In this document: positions 1 through 9,700 of the stretch, piece after piece | Layout: each line of letters begins with the position of its first letter | Numbering within the stretch: the first letter of the stretch is position 1 | Source of the DNA: a virus | DNA: 64,000 bases | Direction: 5' to 3' (one strand) | IMG/VR virus record: IMGVR_UViG_3300001533_003144 | Coordinates: 32,001 to 96,000 of that record | Program-made: the position numbers and the translations under genes | The notes under the pieces: generated by a model | What the model was told of the DNA's origin: nothing | What the model saw: the letters and a program-made list of their open reading frames with translations, nothing else | The model's database searches: none

Positions 1-254
1 TTTATGGGTACGATGTTATTTTTGGTAGTATTGATGAGATGTCTTGGTTTGAGACAGGTAAGGAGAGGGTTTCAGATACCGATGAATTGCCCTCAGAAGA
101 AATATATCAGGGTTTAAGTTCTTCGGGTTTATCCCGTTTTCCTGATCAGTATAAGATCGTGTCTATAAGTTCTCCAAGGGCACGAGTAGGAGACCCTTTG
201 TGGAAAAGGTATGAGCGTGTTAAGAATATGGGTTCGGTTTTTACTGCTTTATAA
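1..254 (+). CDS. Terminase large subunit, ATPase half (C-terminal end; 5' truncated by window edge)
   Basis: Frame is open from position 3: YGYDVIFGSIDEMSWF (Walker B hhhhDE) followed by SRF...KIVSISSP (motif III-like), as in terminase ATPase domains; stop at 252-254. Confidence 0.8.
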   Translation, partial: YGYDVIFGSIDEMSWFETGKERVSDTDELPSEEIYQGLSSSGLSRFPDQYKIVSISSPRARVGDPLWKRYERVKNMGSVFTAL

Positions 255-258
255 TCTC

Positions 259-269
259 TTTATATAATA
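259..269 (+). promoter_or_regulatory. Putative phage late promoter TTTATATAATA
   Basis: One of 12 copies of TTTATA(T/G/C)AATA, each shortly upstream of an RBS and start codon. Confidence 0.7.
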
Positions 270-295
270 CTTTAGACTTTTTATTGGAGGTCTTT

Positions 296-850
296 GTGTT
301 TTTTACTTCGTTACTTCATAGGCTTTTTGCGTTATGGTGTAGAGTATATAATTGGTTTGAGTCTGAATACTATCCTGATATAGTCATACCTAAATATACC
401 TATGGTGTAGAGATTAGCCAGTCTTGGCGGAACCTTATACTTGACTACAGTATAGAGTATCATAAAGATAAGTGGTATATGTTATGCGATGTTATCTCTA
501 TTCCTGTTGCAATTCTGTCTCGTGGTTGGGGTGATTGTGATGATTTTGCACGACTGGCTCATTCATTTTTTGGTGAGAGTTTCTTGTATGAGGGTAGTAC
601 CTTTAAGTTTAAGGGCTTATATGCTTTAATATACTCAAAAAAACCTCATCACATGGTAGCTGTTTGGGAAAATTCTTTAGGTTGTGTTATTTCAGCTGGG
701 GATGTTCATCGGGTACGGGTTCATTCTAATTTCAGATCATTTGAGGCGGATTTTGGTCGGAACTCCTCTGGACACTCTTTAAAGGGATTAAGCAGGTTCT
801 TGATTATTTCCGGGAAGGTTTATTATAAAAACACTTTTAAGGTGTCATAA
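296..850 (+). CDS. Transglutaminase-like (papain-fold) cysteine peptidase-like protein
   Basis: GWGDCDDFA (catalytic Cys motif) and later HHMVAV (His). Start moved to GTG 296 because the TTG at 284 overlaps the GGAGG RBS. Confidence 0.6.
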   Translation: MFFTSLLHRLFALWCRVYNWFESEYYPDIVIPKYTYGVEISQSWRNLILDYSIEYHKDKWYMLCDVISIPVAILSRGWGDCDDFARLAHSFFGESFLYEGSTFKFKGLYALIYSKKPHHMVAVWENSLGCVISAGDVHRVRVHSNFRSFEADFGRNSSGHSLKGLSRFLIISGKVYYKNTFKVS

Positions 851-1116
851 TGGAGATGATTTCTGTTTTATTTCAGTACCACGCTATAATAGTTTTTGTT
901 GTGCCTGTGTCTTATCAGATATTGTCTTTACCTATAATTAAGTCACGGTTAGAGGCCAAGTTTCTTGTCCCTCTATTTGTTACTTTTCTTATATGTATAT
1001 GTTTCTTTTATGAGGAAGGGTTGATGTCTATTTTACAGAATACCGTTGAGTATGCTGGTAAAAGTATAATTTTAAACGAGGTTTATAAAAATGTTTTTAA
1101 AAGGAGGGAGAAATGA
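850..1116 (+). CDS. Small membrane protein, holin-like
   Basis: 88 aa with two hydrophobic segments and a basic C-terminus (FKRREK); TAATG coupling to the upstream gene. Confidence 0.45.
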   Translation: MEMISVLFQYHAIIVFVVPVSYQILSLPIIKSRLEAKFLVPLFVTFLICICFFYEEGLMSILQNTVEYAGKSIILNEVYKNVFKRREK

Positions 1117-2516
1117 AAGGGGAAAAAGTTAAAGCCGCTGATAAGGTTTTTAAAAGTACCGAAGTGGTTCTTAGTGATGCTCTTGCTCATTGTAAGGACT
1201 GGTTAAAGGTTATGACCGGTGTAACTGAAGCTGCTAAAATTATGCAGACCATAGCAAAAAAGGCTTCGGGATCTACTACCCATGCGAAAGCTTTTGTAAA
1301 CTTGGTGGGTATGACCAATAAAGAAAGCGACCTCTATACCGCAGTGAAGACTCTTTTTGAGACTATTCAGTCTTATGCAAAGGTAGCTAAAAGTGGTAGT
1401 ATTGCTCAACAGGTACTCGAATATGTTTTTGGTAATGTTGAGGCTTACGGAGGTAAAGAGAAGCTTGATTTGTATCTGCAGCAGTTGGAGGCAGATAAGG
1501 ACCGTTTGATCCTTCAGTTTCCTGTAGGTTCTCCTGGTGAGTTTGATAAGGTTGTTGAGTTGTTTGTCGAGAAGCGTGTCCGGACATCTCCTTATTCTGT
1601 CAAAAGGACAGAAATGTTGTCAAGCGTAATTGAGCTTATGGGTACTTATGTTGAAGATGCCGGCAGAAAGTATAAGGAAGCTGTGCAGAGTATTGGTGCT
1701 TTAAATGAGTTCTTAGTGCTGGTCAATGAATATGCTTCTTTAAAAAAGCCTGAAGATCGTGACAGGGTTGAACAGCAGTTAATGCAAAATCCTCTTTGGG
1801 AAAAGTTTGGTGCGTTGGTATCTTTTCCGGCAGAGAAGGGTAGCTATGTATATGATATGGAAGTGATGGATCCTGCTCCAAAAGTCCAGAGTTTTATGTT
1901 ACAGGCGGCTATGTGTGTTCGTGCTTTCTTGGATGATCCTATAGAAGCTTTTATTACTGTAGATAGTATTCTTGAGACTCTGGTGATCGGGATGAGTGAA
2001 GTCATCTCTTACACCCTAGATGTTGTAGAGGAGGAAGTTCCTGAACCTGCTGTTGAAGAAGATTTGTACGGTGAGCTTGAGTTAGCTGCCAGTTTTAAAC
2101 AGAAAGCGTTGGACATAAGCGGTGATATCTCTACGGAAGAGATTATGAAAGCCCGACAGATCCTTGAAGATGCCGGGATCTCTGAGGAGATTATATTTCT
2201 TCTTCCTTCGGTAGAGGAAGTTGATCAGCTTAATCAGGTTGCAGCAAACAAAAAAAGTGCTGTGACTCTGGAACTTATTCGGGGGTATGCCAACCATTTT
2301 GATGTCGTAGCTAAATCGGGTGGTAGGCTTGACCCTATAAAGAATGCTTTAATTTCAGATGTGAGGTCTCTGGGTGTTACAGCTTCCAGGGTTAAGGTTC
2401 TTTCCGGGATGTCTGTTAATTCTCTTTATTCTGAGACACTTTTTCCTGAAAAGTTTCTTACAGGTTATTTGGGTATGAAGCCTGTTAAAGCTGTTCGTAA
2501 GGTTAAGGATATATAG
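1113..2516 (+). CDS. Hypothetical helical protein, possibly an internal head protein
   Basis: 467-aa ORF with GGAGGGAG RBS; carries KVKAA, GVTAS and PVKAV linker-like motifs. Confidence 0.6.
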   Translation: MKGEKVKAADKVFKSTEVVLSDALAHCKDWLKVMTGVTEAAKIMQTIAKKASGSTTHAKAFVNLVGMTNKESDLYTAVKTLFETIQSYAKVAKSGSIAQQVLEYVFGNVEAYGGKEKLDLYLQQLEADKDRLILQFPVGSPGEFDKVVELFVEKRVRTSPYSVKRTEMLSSVIELMGTYVEDAGRKYKEAVQSIGALNEFLVLVNEYASLKKPEDRDRVEQQLMQNPLWEKFGALVSFPAEKGSYVYDMEVMDPAPKVQSFMLQAAMCVRAFLDDPIEAFITVDSILETLVIGMSEVISYTLDVVEEEVPEPAVEEDLYGELELAASFKQKALDISGDISTEEIMKARQILEDAGISEEIIFLLPSVEEVDQLNQVAANKKSAVTLELIRGYANHFDVVAKSGGRLDPIKNALISDVRSLGVTASRVKVLSGMSVNSLYSETLFPEKFLTGYLGMKPVKAVRKVKDI

Positions 2517-2549
2517 TTATATTTATTTGGTTTGTTCTATTTATGGTGA

Positions 2550-4061
2550 ATGATGTCTGATGATCGCTTAGAAATGTACCGGAGTGGGTCGAAGGTTGCT
2601 ATAAAAGGTTCCACTTGGGTTTTTAAGGGGGTCTCTAAAGATCTGTTTCAAGATGAGTTTGATTCTAATCCTGTAAAGGCTCGAAGAGATTATGGTGCAG
2701 AGCCTCCTGAAGGTTCTGGTAATGCTATTCCTATGCCCGAACTTATTGATACCTATTCAAACAAAGGCAGGGAGGACCCTGTTGACAGTTCATTAAACCG
2801 GTTGGGCTGGGTTGTTCCTCCGATCTTTGAGTGGTTTGTTGGGGATCCTCGGTTTAACTATTACCTACACTTTGACCTTTCAAAGTCAGGAGACCAGACA
2901 GGTTTAGGTCTGGTGCATTATGATCATTATACTAATATGTATGCAGCTGACCTTATAATGAAAATCCCTGTGTCAAAAGACTGGAATCTCAAGTTTAAGT
3001 CTATAGAGATTTTGGTAGATTTTTTGATTGGTAGAGGGTTTTATTTGGCAACAGTTAGTTTTGATGGTTTTCAGTCTTTACAGATAATACAAAACCTGAC
3101 AGCTAAAGGTATAAATGCTTTACAGTTTTCGGTGGATCGTTCTCCGGAAGCTTATGATACCTTAATATCTACAATTCTTCAGAATAGGTTTGATTACTAC
3201 TATCATTATACTTTTTGTGAAGAACTTAAAGCAATTCAGATAGTGGGTAATAAGTATGATCACCCTTCTGGAGGGTCTAAGGATGTAAGTGACGGTGTTG
3301 CCGGGTCTTTAGCTAATTGTGTTAGGGCTTCTACGGCCGTTGCTTTTAACCGGGAAGATCTTTCCGATGTTTTTATTGATTCAGAAATGGTGTTTGAAGA
3401 CGGTTTCGTTATTGATAAAGAAACCGGGGCTGTTGAAATAACTAATTTACACGCCATTCGTTACGGTAATTTAAGCAGCTTTTATATAGACTCCTATGAA
3501 GATGTAGTTTTAGTGTTGCGAGGGTATCTTGAGAACCGTGTTTTCTTTTTGGATTATGTTGAGTTGTTTGATTTGGGTACTCCTAATTTATATGATATTC
3601 TCCTTAATTTAATCTCAGCCTTTAAACCTGCGTTTGTAGGCTTGGGTCGGTCGGTATCTTTCCATATTGTGGATATGCTTAGGGAAGCTAGAATTCGTGC
3701 TGTTTCTGCTGATACCGGTAGATTGGATACTGCTTCCAACAAAAACATCCGGGTAGTTCGTCAGAATCTTAGGGAGACAATAGAAACTTTGGTAGCTCAG
3801 ATAAAACAAAAGTCCTTTAAAGTTGTAGATCGCCTAACTATATTTAATCAGCTTTCCGAACTCAATTACAATAACTACCAGAACAAGTTATTAGCAGTCT
3901 CTATGGGGGCTTGGTTACATTATATGCTACAGGAAACTAAAAGGAGTTTAGGTAAGATGCCAAGACCCGTGTTGGGTGGGGAGAATGTTTCTTATTCGGT
4001 AAGAACACCCTCTGTCCCCAATGCAAGGCAAGGGGGTCGCCCTAAACCAAAGTTCCGGTAA
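2550..4061 (+). CDS. Terminase large subunit, nuclease (RNase H-like) half with C-terminal extension
   Basis: STW...NPVKARRDYGAEP hinge; YYLHFDLSKSGDQTG, SFDGFQS and DHPSGGSKDVSDGVAG match terminase nuclease catalytic motifs. Confidence 0.85.
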   Translation: MMSDDRLEMYRSGSKVAIKGSTWVFKGVSKDLFQDEFDSNPVKARRDYGAEPPEGSGNAIPMPELIDTYSNKGREDPVDSSLNRLGWVVPPIFEWFVGDPRFNYYLHFDLSKSGDQTGLGLVHYDHYTNMYAADLIMKIPVSKDWNLKFKSIEILVDFLIGRGFYLATVSFDGFQSLQIIQNLTAKGINALQFSVDRSPEAYDTLISTILQNRFDYYYHYTFCEELKAIQIVGNKYDHPSGGSKDVSDGVAGSLANCVRASTAVAFNREDLSDVFIDSEMVFEDGFVIDKETGAVEITNLHAIRYGNLSSFYIDSYEDVVLVLRGYLENRVFFLDYVELFDLGTPNLYDILLNLISAFKPAFVGLGRSVSFHIVDMLREARIRAVSADTGRLDTASNKNIRVVRQNLRETIETLVAQIKQKSFKVVDRLTIFNQLSELNYNNYQNKLLAVSMGAWLHYMLQETKRSLGKMPRPVLGGENVSYSVRTPSVPNARQGGRPKPKFR

Positions 4062-4071
4062 AACTTAGAAG

Positions 4072-4082
4072 TTTATACAATA
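4072..4082 (+). promoter_or_regulatory. Putative late promoter variant TTTATACAATA
   Basis: Intergenic copy of the conserved motif upstream of the GGAGG at 4103. Confidence 0.55.
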
Positions 4083-4112
4083 AATGAGATTGTTCTTGCT
4101 ATGGAGGTTTGT

Positions 4113-4376
4113 ATGGGAGCTAAAGTGGTTGGAGGCTTTTTAGAGGAGATCCAGGCAGCTATGGAGGTTTTAGACGAGCCTAAAGCCGTTGAAAATGGTG
4201 ACGGGACTTCGGTTGTGACGGATTCAACGGGGTTTTGTTCTGAGGATATGGATACCGAAAGCCTGGATGAGTTTCTAAGTTATGCCCGTTATGGGAACGA
4301 AGTTCAGTTTGGGTCTTTTAGACATAATCGGGACTTTATTGTGAAAAATGGTAGGTTGTTTGTACTTCAAAAATAG
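4113..4376 (+). CDS. Hypothetical acidic protein
   Basis: ATG 4113 follows GGAGG; codon style matches neighbouring genes. Confidence 0.6.
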   Translation: MGAKVVGGFLEEIQAAMEVLDEPKAVENGDGTSVVTDSTGFCSEDMDTESLDEFLSYARYGNEVQFGSFRHNRDFIVKNGRLFVLQK

Positions 4377-4385
4377 GAGGGAATA

Positions 4386-5132
4386 ATGGATTTTTTAGAC
4401 AAAGGTACAGTTACTACCGGGGATTTTAAAGATTACTTAAAATCTTTGGTTGAGTTTGGTCAGATGATAGGAGACGCTGCTGACGAGGAGGTTTTACAGA
4501 ATACTCACATTAAAGATATTGTAACTGCCAAACATCGTAAAAGGGCGGCTATTCGTGAAGCAGCTTTAGGGAATTCCCCTAAAGTTAAGCTACTGAAAAA
4601 TGTTGTTGCTATTAAGAAAAAAGAAGAGTCAGGCTGGGTTGTTTATGACAGTTCTGGTAAAAAGCGGTTAGGGGGTCCTTATTCTTCTGAAAAGGAGGCT
4701 GATAAAAGGCTCGATCAGGTTGAGTATTTTAAATCTAAGTCTAAAGAGAAAGAACCTGAAAAAAGGGTTGAAGCTAAAGACAGGACAGAGAGTGAGATAG
4801 ATTCAGTTTCTGCCTATGATTTGTCGAGGAAAGTAACGGCTTTTGTTAGTTGGGCTATGATGAAGGGTGGTCCCAGAGTTCGTAGTTATGCTCAATCTAT
4901 TAATCTGGGTATGACAGCTCTTGCCCGAAGTGTCGGGAGCAGTTTATATGCAGTTCATAACCGGAATGAGATTGGTAATAGTTCTTCATTTGGTTTAAGG
5001 GCGGTTCAGGAAGCGAAGTCCCGTGTGGAGACATTGTTGTCTTTAAAAATAACTGCAAAAGAGAAAGATCATCTTCTTGGTCTTATGAACGACCTTAATT
5101 TGGTAGAAAAAATAGTTAAGTTAAGAAAATAG
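4386..5132 (+). CDS. Hypothetical protein, probably virion-internal
   Basis: AGGAGG RBS; contains a small module GWVVYDSSGKKRLGGPYSSEKEADKRLDQVEYFK flanked by NVVAIK and RVEAK linkers. Confidence 0.65.
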   Translation: MDFLDKGTVTTGDFKDYLKSLVEFGQMIGDAADEEVLQNTHIKDIVTAKHRKRAAIREAALGNSPKVKLLKNVVAIKKKEESGWVVYDSSGKKRLGGPYSSEKEADKRLDQVEYFKSKSKEKEPEKRVEAKDRTESEIDSVSAYDLSRKVTAFVSWAMMKGGPRVRSYAQSINLGMTALARSVGSSLYAVHNRNEIGNSSSFGLRAVQEAKSRVETLLSLKITAKEKDHLLGLMNDLNLVEKIVKLRK

Positions 5133-5143
5133 GAGGTCTTACT

Positions 5144-5434
5144 ATGTTAAATGGTACTAATTTTGTTCCTGTCACCAAAGATATTTTTAAGCAGATGAGT
5201 TCTGCCGAAAAGGAAGAAGTTATTTCACATTTTAAAAGGGAATGTTTGATGGCTTCTGATGATATTCAGGGTGTTATTGATTTTGCTACGGATGTAATCC
5301 GATTGAGTCATAAGTTGCCGGTTAAACTAGATTTCAGTCAGATAATTGCAGCTATTAATAATGAAGAGGTAGCAGATCCAACTGTTATTGAGCATAGTGA
5401 AGTGGCTAAGGGGGGTGAAAATGTCCCCGAATAA
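5144..5434 (+). CDS. Hypothetical protein
   Basis: AGGAGG RBS, 96 aa. Confidence 0.6.
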   Translation: MLNGTNFVPVTKDIFKQMSSAEKEEVISHFKRECLMASDDIQGVIDFATDVIRLSHKLPVKLDFSQIIAAINNEEVADPTVIEHSEVAKGGENVPE

Positions 5435-6188
5435 AAAAGTTAGAAAGAAAAAAACTGAGGTAGAGGCTGTTGCTCAGTCTGTGCCTACTAAAGCTTCTTT
5501 GGCTAGAAACCCTAAGAAGTTTGTTGGTTTTAAGCTTGTCAGGTTTCCCCAGGGTATTTTAAAAGATATTTATGGTAATCCTGAGTTGCTTGTTCCTCGT
5601 ATGCGTTGGGTAAATGCTGAGGTATTCTCTGTGGTAGATCGTGTTTTGAAAAGTCCTTACCAAAAGGTTATTGTCATTACGGATACTTTCAGATTACCTT
5701 CCGAAAGTTATGTAGCCCGTATGAAAAAAGGAGGTAAGGTAGCTCCTACAGGTCTTTCCGGGCATAACTATGGCATTTCATGGGATATTGCTCTTGAACA
5801 TACTTATTCGGCTTCTGGTAAGTCTCATTCCGAGTTAGTAAAGGACTTGTCTGGCCTTGGTTTGTATCCTATATCAAGAGAGCCTTGGCACTTCAATTTG
5901 GTTTTTAAAGATGAGCGAGAGTATTTCTTTTCACTCTTTGATAAACTTTCTTTTTTACATAAAAAAATGGCGAAAGACATGGTTAAATCGTTCAGTAGTC
6001 TGGTTGTGTCTGTTAAGTCTATTAAAGATATTCAGTCTAAATTGGGTTTAGTTGCTGACGGTATTGTTGGTAAGCGTACTGGGATGGCTGTTACAATGCT
6101 GTTGGCCGAGAAGAAGGGGTTGTTCAAGGGTGTCTTAGATGATAAGGTTAATGAAATAAATGTTAATTTAGTTGATGTATGGGAGTAG
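5421..6188 (+). CDS. Endolysin-like M15-family zinc peptidase with peptidoglycan-binding domain
   Basis: R...SGHNYGISWD (SxHxxGxxxD) and EPWH zinc motifs; C-terminal IQSKLGLVADGIVGKRT PG_binding_1 signature; ATG 5421 follows GGGGGTG. Confidence 0.8.
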   Translation: MSPNKKVRKKKTEVEAVAQSVPTKASLARNPKKFVGFKLVRFPQGILKDIYGNPELLVPRMRWVNAEVFSVVDRVLKSPYQKVIVITDTFRLPSESYVARMKKGGKVAPTGLSGHNYGISWDIALEHTYSASGKSHSELVKDLSGLGLYPISREPWHFNLVFKDEREYFFSLFDKLSFLHKKMAKDMVKSFSSLVVSVKSIKDIQSKLGLVADGIVGKRTGMAVTMLLAEKKGLFKGVLDDKVNEINVNLVDVWE

Positions 6189-6190
6189 TT

Positions 6191-6751
6191 ATGGAAAATT
6201 CTACTGATAAATTAATTATTAAATCTACTGGTACATTAGGGGATGTTGCTCTTCCTGATATGGATGCTGAGGAGATAGCGGCTTGGGAAGGTAAGGAAGT
6301 TCAGGATCAGGAAGGTCGTGAGTATATTCTGAAATACAAAACCAATAAAGATCTGGGTGGTGGGGATGTTGTCAAGAATCTTGAAGCTGAACAGAAGAGT
6401 TCTCCGGATTCGGTGCATCTCGGCGAAGGTGTCGAGGTTAGCGGTAAATGGGACCCTTATCAATACCTGGAAAACCTTTATAATGATTACTTGGATTTGG
6501 TACAGAAGTCCGATCTTCTTTTTTCACAAAAACTGGCAGGAGAGTATGACGGTAAAATATATGATGAGTTCAGTTGTTTTGAGGATTTTTGTCAGGACTG
6601 TTTAGAGCATTTAAAGGATCAGTTGAAGTTGTTCCAGGCTAAACTTAGGCAGAATGCTATTAATAACAGACAATATCAAAATGCTAAACTAATCTTAGAT
6701 ACCTGTACCGAAGCTCTCCGGAAGTTCCTGTGTGGGGACATAAAATTTTAA
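6191..6751 (+). CDS. Hypothetical protein
   Basis: ATG after GGGAG; contains a VEVSGK linker-like motif. Confidence 0.6.
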   Translation: MENSTDKLIIKSTGTLGDVALPDMDAEEIAAWEGKEVQDQEGREYILKYKTNKDLGGGDVVKNLEAEQKSSPDSVHLGEGVEVSGKWDPYQYLENLYNDYLDLVQKSDLLFSQKLAGEYDGKIYDEFSCFEDFCQDCLEHLKDQLKLFQAKLRQNAINNRQYQNAKLILDTCTEALRKFLCGDIKF

Positions 6752-6763
6752 TGGAGAGTCCTT

Positions 6764-9700
6764 ATGGGTAGCGGTCCCTCTTTTCTTACAAAAGGTTTCC
6801 TTACTTCTCTTGTAAAAAAGATAACTCTTTTTGATTTTGACGGTACAATTGCTTTTACTGGGGAAGAGTTTGAAGACAATCGTTTGATTAATCCTATCGA
6901 AAACCGGGAGATAACTTCCAAGCTTAAAGAACTTATCGAGTCCGGGGAATCTGTAGGGATTCTTACCGCCAGAAAGAACGAGGGTCTGATCCGTAAATAT
7001 CTTTATCATATTGGAATATTTGCGGAGGAGTTGGAAATTTTTACTGTAGGGGATGCTGATTCCGAGGCTAAAGGTGAGTTTATATTGGAAAATTTTACGG
7101 ATTATGATATTGTTGTCCTGTATGATAACCGGTCAGATTATTTAACTTCTGCTGCCGAGATATTAAAAGACTCTGGAATAGGTTTTGCTCCTGTTTTGGT
7201 TGCTGATAATAGGGAATATAAAACCCAGGGTTCTGATCAACCGAATAAGGCATACCAGAGGATAATTGATGCTTACATACAGGATGTTCAGGGTGTGTCT
7301 GTTGAAGATATATCAAGCCTTTGGTATTTAGATCCTGAAGAAGGAGATTTATGGGTACAGATTAAAGAAAGGTTTTTTTCTTTAGTATCTTCCAAAGAGC
7401 GGGAGTTTATAGAATGGGTTTCTCGCTTGCCCGAAAACCTTAAATATGCGGTGTATGCTGTGGATATGGAATTTGACGGGGTACTCGAAGATTTTATTGA
7501 TCATTATGGCGTTAGTGAACTCTATGAACTGGAAAACCTGGTTGATGTTGATTTTTTTCAAAAATGTCTTGATAGAAGAATGGAAAGTTATCGTCTTTTT
7601 CCCTACTTTATGTCTCACGGGTGGCTTTTTAAAGACGGTACTTCTTTAGATGCTTCCGGGGATGATCATCGTCTTATTCCTATGGAGTTATGGTTTCCAG
7701 AGAATATTATAACTCTGCACTTATCCGGATCTGATTTATCGGCTAGGTTGAACACTACAATGAATCAGGGTCAGGTCAGGGCTTTAAACAGGATAATCAA
7801 AGAATTGGGGGTTTCTACCTTTACCTACGATGTTTATCAGGGGAACGATCAAGTTAGTTCGGGTGTTGTAGATCTTATTTCTGAGAGGATAGATTGGGCA
7901 GCTATTCTAAACCCTGTTAAGGTTTCTGGTAGTGAAACTCTTGGATTAAAAAAAGCTACTGATTTAGTAAAGGTGTTGGCAAAAACCATACCTGTTCCGG
8001 ACGAGTACCTTAATCAGATATTTTATCACGGGGGTTATTATGAGGACTCTGTAATTCAAGATATTTTTACAAATGGTCTAAAGGGTAGGGATGTTCAAGG
8101 AAGGGCTATGCTTGCTCCTTTAAAAAACTTTGTTTATATGACTAAAGATTTTAACTACGCTTTAATTTATGCTGTGGGAGGTTCTATTTTAGGTTCCGGT
8201 AGTCCTATGTCTGATTCTAAAGATAAGCCTTGGGGTCTCGTTTTTGAAATACCTGGATCTTCCCTTTCTAATATACAGCCTGACGAGGATGCTATTGGTG
8301 AGCTTATATGGAGAGCATATAGCGAAAACAATGCTTCGTTGGAGTGGTTAAAGTATTATGCAGAAACTTATCTTACCTCTAATCAGTTAAAGAAAATAAA
8401 GGAAGGGGAATATATGTATTATGCTCAAGGAGGTAAAAGGCTTACTAGGTATTTACCTCATAGCGTGTTAGAAAGGTTATTGCAGGTTTCTTTTGCTTTT
8501 TCAAACGAGGGAAGAGTTGCTGTGTCTGGGGCTTATGTTGTTGACAGAAGGCACCCCGAAGTGTTGGGAGGTGATTTTGATTCTATTAAACAGTATATGG
8601 TACATATATCGGGTTTTTCTGAAATGCCTCAAGCCATTGTTCAGTTGGAAGAGCAAGCTAAGATACTGGAAGCTGAAAAAGTTCAGGCAAAGAAAGTAAC
8701 CTCTTCGGAATCTGGGTCTATTCCTTCTACGGTTTCTGGTAAAGATGCTTCTTCTCAGGACATACTTGATTTTTTTTGTGTTACCTCTTCCGGGATTTAT
8801 GGTCTTATCCTTGTAGCCCCCGCTACGGTAGTTGATTGGGTTGAGGGAGTTAAGGACTTGCCTTTTGAGGAAGGGGTTACTTGGTTGTTTAAAAACTATC
8901 CTGATCCTGAACTGACTTTAGAGGTCTGTAATTATCTGAGAAAATTGTACACTAAAATTGCTGGGATAAACATAAGATCTATAAATGCTGTGTGGGAAGA
9001 AAGTATTTGTCCCCGTCTTGTTAAAGATGCCGGTAAAAAGTTTCTTGGTAGTCAGGATAATATTTGGGATGAAGATGGTAATCTTATTAAAGCTTCTTCT
9101 TCTTTGTCGGTTGTTACTGTGGGAGACTATTCCGGTGATTTAAGGGAACTGGCGCATTTAGTTAAGGCAGGGGATCCTGAAGGTATATACTTGGCAGGTG
9201 AACTGATGTCAGAAATTGTCTCTGATGGTTCAATTCTTGTTCCTGTCCCAAGTAGAGAAGGGTATGCCACAACTACTTTAAATTTGTGTGAGTCTATTGT
9301 TAAACATAACCCTTCTTGTCAAGTTTATGATGTTTTAAAAGGGGCTAGCCGGGAGTCTCTTTATGAACTTAAAAAGCAGGGTAAAACTTTAACTGAGGAT
9401 GAGCTTGGTTTGACTCTTTACGGAGATCTTCCTGAAGGGTCTCCTGTATATTTAGTAGATAATGTTGTTGCCACCGGAGCTACTGGTTTAGCTGCTCACA
9501 AAGTTATTCCTAATTCTATTTTGGTAGCAATAGCAGATGATTCCGGGGTGGCTAAAGCTGGTACACATTACACTAATCTGTTTCGCAATGTTGCTTCTGG
9601 GGAAGATTTTAATGCTTTTCTGAAAGGCTTTATTGGTCCTGTTTATCGAGGAGGTTCTAATAAAGATTTATCTCAGGATCAATCTCCTTTCTATTTTACT

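Noticed and set aside
255-2549. Intron or split intein explaining the terminase interruption
   Set aside because: No intein blocks at either end, and the interval is filled with ordinary ORFs and a late promoter.
7406-7416. Additional late-promoter copies TTTATAGAATG (7406) and TTTATAGAATC (32241)
   Set aside because: Both lack the final A and lie deep inside coding regions with no RBS just downstream.
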